From contig NJBF01000009.1 of assembly GCA_003144275.1 (NCBI GenBank), positions 62,594 to 94,593 of the forward strand: a stretch of DNA of 32,000 nucleotides, given 5' to 3'. Both the position numbers and the translations under genes were made by a program. The notes beneath the pieces are model-generated. The model was not told the DNA's origin and made no database searches. It saw only the letters and a list, made by a program, of their open reading frames with translations. This document shows positions 27,710 to 32,000 of the stretch, piece after piece. The number at the start of each line of letters is the position of its first letter. Positions within the stretch are counted from its first letter, which is position 1. The stretch is from Candidatus Heimdallarchaeota archaeon B3_Heim (lineage in GTDB: Archaea; Asgardarchaeota; Heimdallarchaeia; Hodarchaeales; Hodarchaeaceae).

Positions 27710-28945
27710 GTGACTGATCAGGTTCGAGTAATTCGTACAGAACGGATATGGTTGAAATCCAATCCCATTTTGGGGCATCTATGTCATATATCTAAGAATC
27801 TTTTTAATGAGACTAATTATCTTGTCAGACAATCCTATTTTACGAGTGGAAAAAGGATAAAAGGAATTGATTTAAGAAATAATCTTCAGGATTCTCTTAA
27901 TTTCCGATCATTGCCACAGGTAACTGCTTTAAAAATAATTGCAGTTGTCGAAGAAGCATGGAAGTCCTTTTTTGCAGCAGTAGCAGATTGGAAGCGCCAT
28001 CCAGAGAAATATTTCAAGCAACCACGACCTCCTAGATATAAAGATAAAGCTGGTGAGTTTCTACTCTGGTATTCAAAAGCACAAATTAAATCTATTGCTG
28101 ATCTCCTCGTGATCCCTCAAGCATCAAACCTAACATTGAAACCACGAATTGCTTCATATCAAACAATGTTGGGAATCCGTATTATTCCTCAAGGTGTGGG
28201 GTATATTGCAGAGATTCTTTATGCTAAATATGTTCCAGCTATACCCAAGGGTAAACCAACTCGTGTTGTGGGCATTGATCTAGGTTTAACTAACCTCATA
28301 ACTATGGTTAACAACATTGGCAAGGAACCAATTGCTGTGAAAGGTGGGGTAGTTAAATCAATTAATCAATACTACAACAAAGAACGAGTACACTTACACA
28401 GTATTTATTCAAGACAAGAAATCGGTAATGGAGACAAACTTCGAAAATTAACCGCGAAGAGAAAACGAAAACTTAGGAATCATTTTCATGAAGTCAGTAG
28501 CAGTGTTACAAGGTGGTGTCAGCAACATTCTATTGATGCTGTAGTTATTGGACATAATAAACTCTGGAAACAACACATTAATCTTGGTAAGAGAGTAAAT
28601 CAAAATTTCGTATCAATTCCTTTTGATTGGTTTCTGAATCAGCTTAAATACAAACTGAATGATGTTGGGATTCGTGTGATTTGTGTTAATGAATCCTACA
28701 CTAGTAAGTGTAGCTTCCTAGATGTCGAATCAATTTCACAAAAACCAACATACAAAGGAGAAAGGATAACACGGGGATTATACCTATCTTCCCAAGGTAG
28801 AATCATTAATAGTGATGTGAATGGGGGATATAATATCCTTAAAAAGGCAGTCCCGAATGCTTTTTCGATGAATGAAACAGTGGACGGGATAGAGGGTGTA
28901 TGGTTACACCCAGTGAGATTAAAACAAACGTTGGCAACAAGTTAG
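27710..28945 (+). CDS. tnpB: IS200/IS605-family TnpB RNA-guided nuclease, solo (no tnpA)
   Basis: HISKNLFN N-terminus, PRPPRYK, RuvC-I GIDLG, VNESYTSKCS, RuvC-III NSDVNGGYNI and the GIEGV.LHPVR tail. Confidence 0.93.
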   Translation: MTDQVRVIRTERIWLKSNPILGHLCHISKNLFNETNYLVRQSYFTSGKRIKGIDLRNNLQDSLNFRSLPQVTALKIIAVVEEAWKSFFAAVADWKRHPEKYFKQPRPPRYKDKAGEFLLWYSKAQIKSIADLLVIPQASNLTLKPRIASYQTMLGIRIIPQGVGYIAEILYAKYVPAIPKGKPTRVVGIDLGLTNLITMVNNIGKEPIAVKGGVVKSINQYYNKERVHLHSIYSRQEIGNGDKLRKLTAKRKRKLRNHFHEVSSSVTRWCQQHSIDAVVIGHNKLWKQHINLGKRVNQNFVSIPFDWFLNQLKYKLNDVGIRVICVNESYTSKCSFLDVESISQKPTYKGERITRGLYLSSQGRIINSDVNGGYNILKKAVPNAFSMNETVDGIEGVWLHPVRLKQTLATS

Positions 28946-28954
28946 TTGATTCAA
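28894..28954 (+). ncRNA. 3' part of the putative omegaRNA scaffold / IS right end
   Basis: Perfect hairpin GGGTGTA-TGGT-TACACCC (28894-28911) and TCAA at 28951-28954, the usual IS605-type right-end tetranucleotide. The 5' boundary was not determined. Confidence 0.55.
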
Positions 28955-29155
28955 TCTCACAAAAGCGTCCAAAGATGCTATAACCCGTATTTAAATCTTT
29001 CGAACTGCTCCCTCCTCTGAAACTGTCGTCTTTTTGCTATCTTTTCTCTGTTAACCAGCTATTTCGTTCTTTGGTGATTCGAGAAGCTTTTTTCTTGATT
29101 TTTTTTCTCATTTTTGAATATTTAACCAATCCTAGTCAATCAATATTGAAGAGAA

Positions 29156-31909
29156 ATGACAAAAGGAATCAATATTGAACAATGGAATTATCGTCGAAAT
29201 CGGGTGGTTCTTCGGTCTACAACTGATAGAAATGACTTTTCCTCTGCTTTTTCATTCATGACTTGTGGTCCCATTGATGTGAATCATTTATTAAACCGAT
29301 ATACTCTTCCAGCTCGAAAGCTCACAAAGGATGAATGGTCTTCACGATCATTTGATCAATTACACACAAGCATCTCTTCTGACTATCTATCAAACCTCCC
29401 TTCTCACTGGCATCCACAAAAAATCTTTGAGGAAATCATTACTTCTCCTCACACAGATTTTGTTGTTAATGCGAAAACGGGTCAGGGAAAAACAACGTTT
29501 TTACTTCAATCCAGCCTCGAGAGAGTTATCCTCCACCCCTCTAACTACATCTTATCCTTTACTTATGCAAAAAGCCTAGGATCCACACAACAACAAAAAT
29601 TTCATTGGCTCAGACGCAAACTAGTTCCTGATTTGGGAAGGTGTGAATTATATTTTGGTGGAGATCAGGCGACAAAACGACGACTTCGTAACCCAGGGAA
29701 AAATAAGAAACCATTTGCAATGCTTACCACTACTATCCAGTCTTACTCAGGATCATTTGCACATTTTTCCCCTTTGATTCCAAATACTAAGGCTGGATAT
29801 TTAAATTCTGCTCCTGAGGTCTGGGGAAACCGCAGGAAAAATCCTCAATACCGATGGTATGAAAAACTCCGTTTACCGACAGTCTTACTTATTGATGAAC
29901 TTGATTCTCTTCCCACTCATTTAGTACCCTGTTTAGCACACTTGACGCGTGTTTTGAAATGGCATGATCCAACAATACAGGTCATTTTATCTTCAGGGAC
30001 ACTAGGAAATCCAGAAGAGGTAGCGAAGCACTTTTTTACTAACAGCTCAAACGTGAAAGTGCTTTCAGGAAGTGGACAGCGCGGTAAACTTGAAATAAAT
30101 GTCTATAAAGAAGGGCAAGAGGACAAAGTCGAAATTCTGCTTCAGAAAAGCATTCAGATGATTAGAAAACATATTGATCACGAAATTCAACGATATAATG
30201 ATGATAGAAGTTATCGGCCACCTAAAGTTATTCTATTTTTGAACCATAAGACGAAAATTAATATCAAAAAGGTTACTGGACGGTTTTATAAACATGTAAC
30301 GACTGTCCATGGAGGGATGGAAAGTTCTGAAGTTATTAAACGATTAGCTGACTTTGATAAAAACCCAAAGTTGATATGTTTAGTCGCTACTGAACTGATT
30401 CAAGCAGGGATTGACCTACCAGATGTGAAATGGGGGATCTTTTATGGATTACCTGTCAACGCGGAGCAGCAACGAAAGTTTATGCAATTACGTGACCGGA
30501 TCAATCGAAATCCTGATGAGGAAGGCCGTTTAGATGTCATATTACGTGAAAGAAACAAGGTTGAACAATCCTTACTTACTTCTAATAGCACTCAAAAACG
30601 ACAAGAGTATATTCTACGTGAAAAACCAATTTCTTTACATATCCCCTATTATACACCGATTAGCTTACGTTATTGGATAGTTATGGGTATTCTCAATGGA
30701 TTTCCTGATGTTTTAAAGTATATAGAAGAAGATTTAACAGCTATGGACTGCAAATGGGATTACCATCATGATCTAAGAGATGCAGTTATTGATCTGGTTT
30801 TATCCCGAGCGGTAAGAATAGGCTTTGATGGAATTTTGTTACCTGCCTCTGGAACGAAAGAGTGGATATACAAATTCATATGTTTGGGGACAAATCCGTC
30901 TTATAAAGTAATAAAGGTTGACACTGTGGACGATACTGAAACACAAATTGGCCATATTGATGAAGTAACGATGCTGCGTCATCATCTTGAAGGTCAAAGC
31001 TTTCCATTAGGTGATTTTAATTATCTCGTTAAAAGGATAGAACTCGCAGGCAAAAACCGACAGGGAAAAATATATGTGATTCCAGCTCCCCCTGAATTTC
31101 AATTTATGGAGAATAAAATTGTATCGTCAACTCAACGAAGTCGACTTCATGCTTATGTAAAAGAACAGGGCCTAGCTTTAATGACGATAAATATTTCTCA
31201 TCAACTTAAGGAAATCGATGCCCGTACAAAGATTCCTAGACATATCGAACAATATCATTCTTCCTTATCGCATACTGCTGTTTTTCTTAGAACAGATCCT
31301 GAAATGGATGAAGAGGAATCTAACTCTCTTATTACTCAACTGCAATTGGAACTTACCGAATCGCTATCTCTAGATCCTATCTTGTTTGACACAAGACGTT
31401 TCTTTGATGAAGAATTGGGTGAAGGAATCCTTTTTCTTGATAAAACAGGCCATGACCTTGCACGAATGGCTTATTATTTTTTCAAGGACCATTCGTCGCT
31501 ACTCTCAAAGGTCAGATCATCAAAAATACACAATCGTGGGTTTTTAGGTGCAGGATGTGCACCCCCAAAATGGTTAGGGAGATTCCGTTACAAATATGCA
31601 ATGAATATCGTGGCGATCCCTGATCTTCGACTGGGAACTTTGCAACAGGCTGTCCGTTCGCAGTTCCTTCGAGAAGAATTCGTGGGGGTTCGGACTCACG
31701 ACCACCTGTCCATCCGCGTCGATCTTCGCCTCGAAGCGCCCGCGGTACAAACGACACACGCCCGGCTCAAGGTCGAGCTCAACCGGCTGCTGACCTCTTC
31801 CTTCACGGGCCACGACAACTACATGCGCAAGCTGCCCGAGCTCCTGAAAACCGTGAGAGAGTTGAAAGAAAGGATTGCTCGTCTTGAAGCGCAATCAGGG
31901 AACGATTAA
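29156..31909 (+). CDS. Divergent SF2 DEAD/DEAH-like helicase (MrfA/Hrq1-like); the last ~75-100 codons probably do not belong to the native gene
   Basis: AKTGQGKT, LIDELD, SSGT, TVHGGM, ELIQAGID and motif VI-like QLRDRINR. GC rises sharply near the 3' end. Confidence 0.72.
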   Translation: MTKGINIEQWNYRRNRVVLRSTTDRNDFSSAFSFMTCGPIDVNHLLNRYTLPARKLTKDEWSSRSFDQLHTSISSDYLSNLPSHWHPQKIFEEIITSPHTDFVVNAKTGQGKTTFLLQSSLERVILHPSNYILSFTYAKSLGSTQQQKFHWLRRKLVPDLGRCELYFGGDQATKRRLRNPGKNKKPFAMLTTTIQSYSGSFAHFSPLIPNTKAGYLNSAPEVWGNRRKNPQYRWYEKLRLPTVLLIDELDSLPTHLVPCLAHLTRVLKWHDPTIQVILSSGTLGNPEEVAKHFFTNSSNVKVLSGSGQRGKLEINVYKEGQEDKVEILLQKSIQMIRKHIDHEIQRYNDDRSYRPPKVILFLNHKTKINIKKVTGRFYKHVTTVHGGMESSEVIKRLADFDKNPKLICLVATELIQAGIDLPDVKWGIFYGLPVNAEQQRKFMQLRDRINRNPDEEGRLDVILRERNKVEQSLLTSNSTQKRQEYILREKPISLHIPYYTPISLRYWIVMGILNGFPDVLKYIEEDLTAMDCKWDYHHDLRDAVIDLVLSRAVRIGFDGILLPASGTKEWIYKFICLGTNPSYKVIKVDTVDDTETQIGHIDEVTMLRHHLEGQSFPLGDFNYLVKRIELAGKNRQGKIYVIPAPPEFQFMENKIVSSTQRSRLHAYVKEQGLALMTINISHQLKEIDARTKIPRHIEQYHSSLSHTAVFLRTDPEMDEEESNSLITQLQLELTESLSLDPILFDTRRFFDEELGEGILFLDKTGHDLARMAYYFFKDHSSLLSKVRSSKIHNRGFLGAGCAPPKWLGRFRYKYAMNIVAIPDLRLGTLQQAVRSQFLREEFVGVRTHDHLSIRVDLRLEAPAVQTTHARLKVELNRLLTSSFTGHDNYMRKLPELLKTVRELKERIARLEAQSGND
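31820..31909 (+). other. LpxD-like C-terminal coiled-coil tail of bacterial origin, in frame with the helicase ORF
   Basis: YMRKLPELLKTVRELKERIARLEAQSGND* overlaps the lpxC start, as in lpxD-lpxC operons. Confidence 0.5.
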
Positions 31910-32000
31910 AGAACCCGTTAAGTTTTCCGGGATCGGGCTGCACACCGGCAAGGAGATCCACGTGCGCCTCAAGCCGGCCGCCCCGGATACGGGCGTGGTC
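31884..32000 (+). CDS. lpxC: UDP-3-O-acyl-GlcNAc deacetylase N-terminus (partial, bacterial)
   Basis: TTG start after AAAGGA; translates (M)KRNQGTIKEPVKFSGIGLHTGKEIHVRLKPAAPDTGVV. 31921-32000 is 55/80 GC. Confidence 0.82.
   Translation, partial: MKRNQGTIKEPVKFSGIGLHTGKEIHVRLKPAAPDTGVV

Noticed and set aside
2178-31894. Short ORF-track entries overlapping longer genes (e.g. 2178-2360, 4438-5280, 6981-7609, 9177-9979, 11352-15138, 16893-17114, 19841-21428, 23881-24093, 27001-27264, 29331-29579, 31512-31894) and ORFs over the repeat arrays (15318-15500, 25391-25591)
   Set aside because: Antisense or alternate-frame shadows of well-supported genes or repeats, with no motifs of their own.
1-32000. 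tRNA or rRNA genes
   Set aside because: No cloverleaf or rRNA-like segment recognised by eye; tRNAscan-SE was not run.

Overview
AT-rich archaeal DNA (TFIIB, DUF99, CdrS-like RHH, class II RNR). An Asgard-type host is plausible but is inference only. Positions 1-15273 are housekeeping: M48 protease (partial), lipA, tfb, Zn-ribbon CPBP protease, polyprenyl synthase, an RHH-fused degenerate nucleotidyltransferase, GT2, DUF99, RHH and nrdJ with two LAGLIDADG inteins. The first intein has Arg rather than Cys/Ser/Thr at +1. Starting 27 bp after the nrdJ stop is a ~10.4 kb segment (15301-25666) with no integrase or transposase of its own. It is bounded by a 36-bp inverted repeat and by inverted arrays of a ~21-bp box (consensus near ACCATAAGCTTGCACTGGGT). 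The right boundary forms a 12-8-12 palindromic core and continues outward into two more boxes. The cargo looks defence-like: a TnpC/DUF6262-like HTH, a C39-like peptidase with two unknown coupled genes, a type IIG R-M gene split by an IS4 element (16-bp TIR, 9-bp TSD), an MBL hydrolase and a wHTH-CBS protein. Further right are an ASCH/PUA-like gene, a GIY-YIG pseudogene, a solo TnpB with a rearranged RuvC-II and a divergent SF2 helicase. The last ~300-400 bp rise to ~65-70% GC and encode an LpxD-like C-terminus plus the N-terminus of bacterial LpxC, most likely an assembly chimera. All family assignments come from motif recognition by eye; no searches were run.
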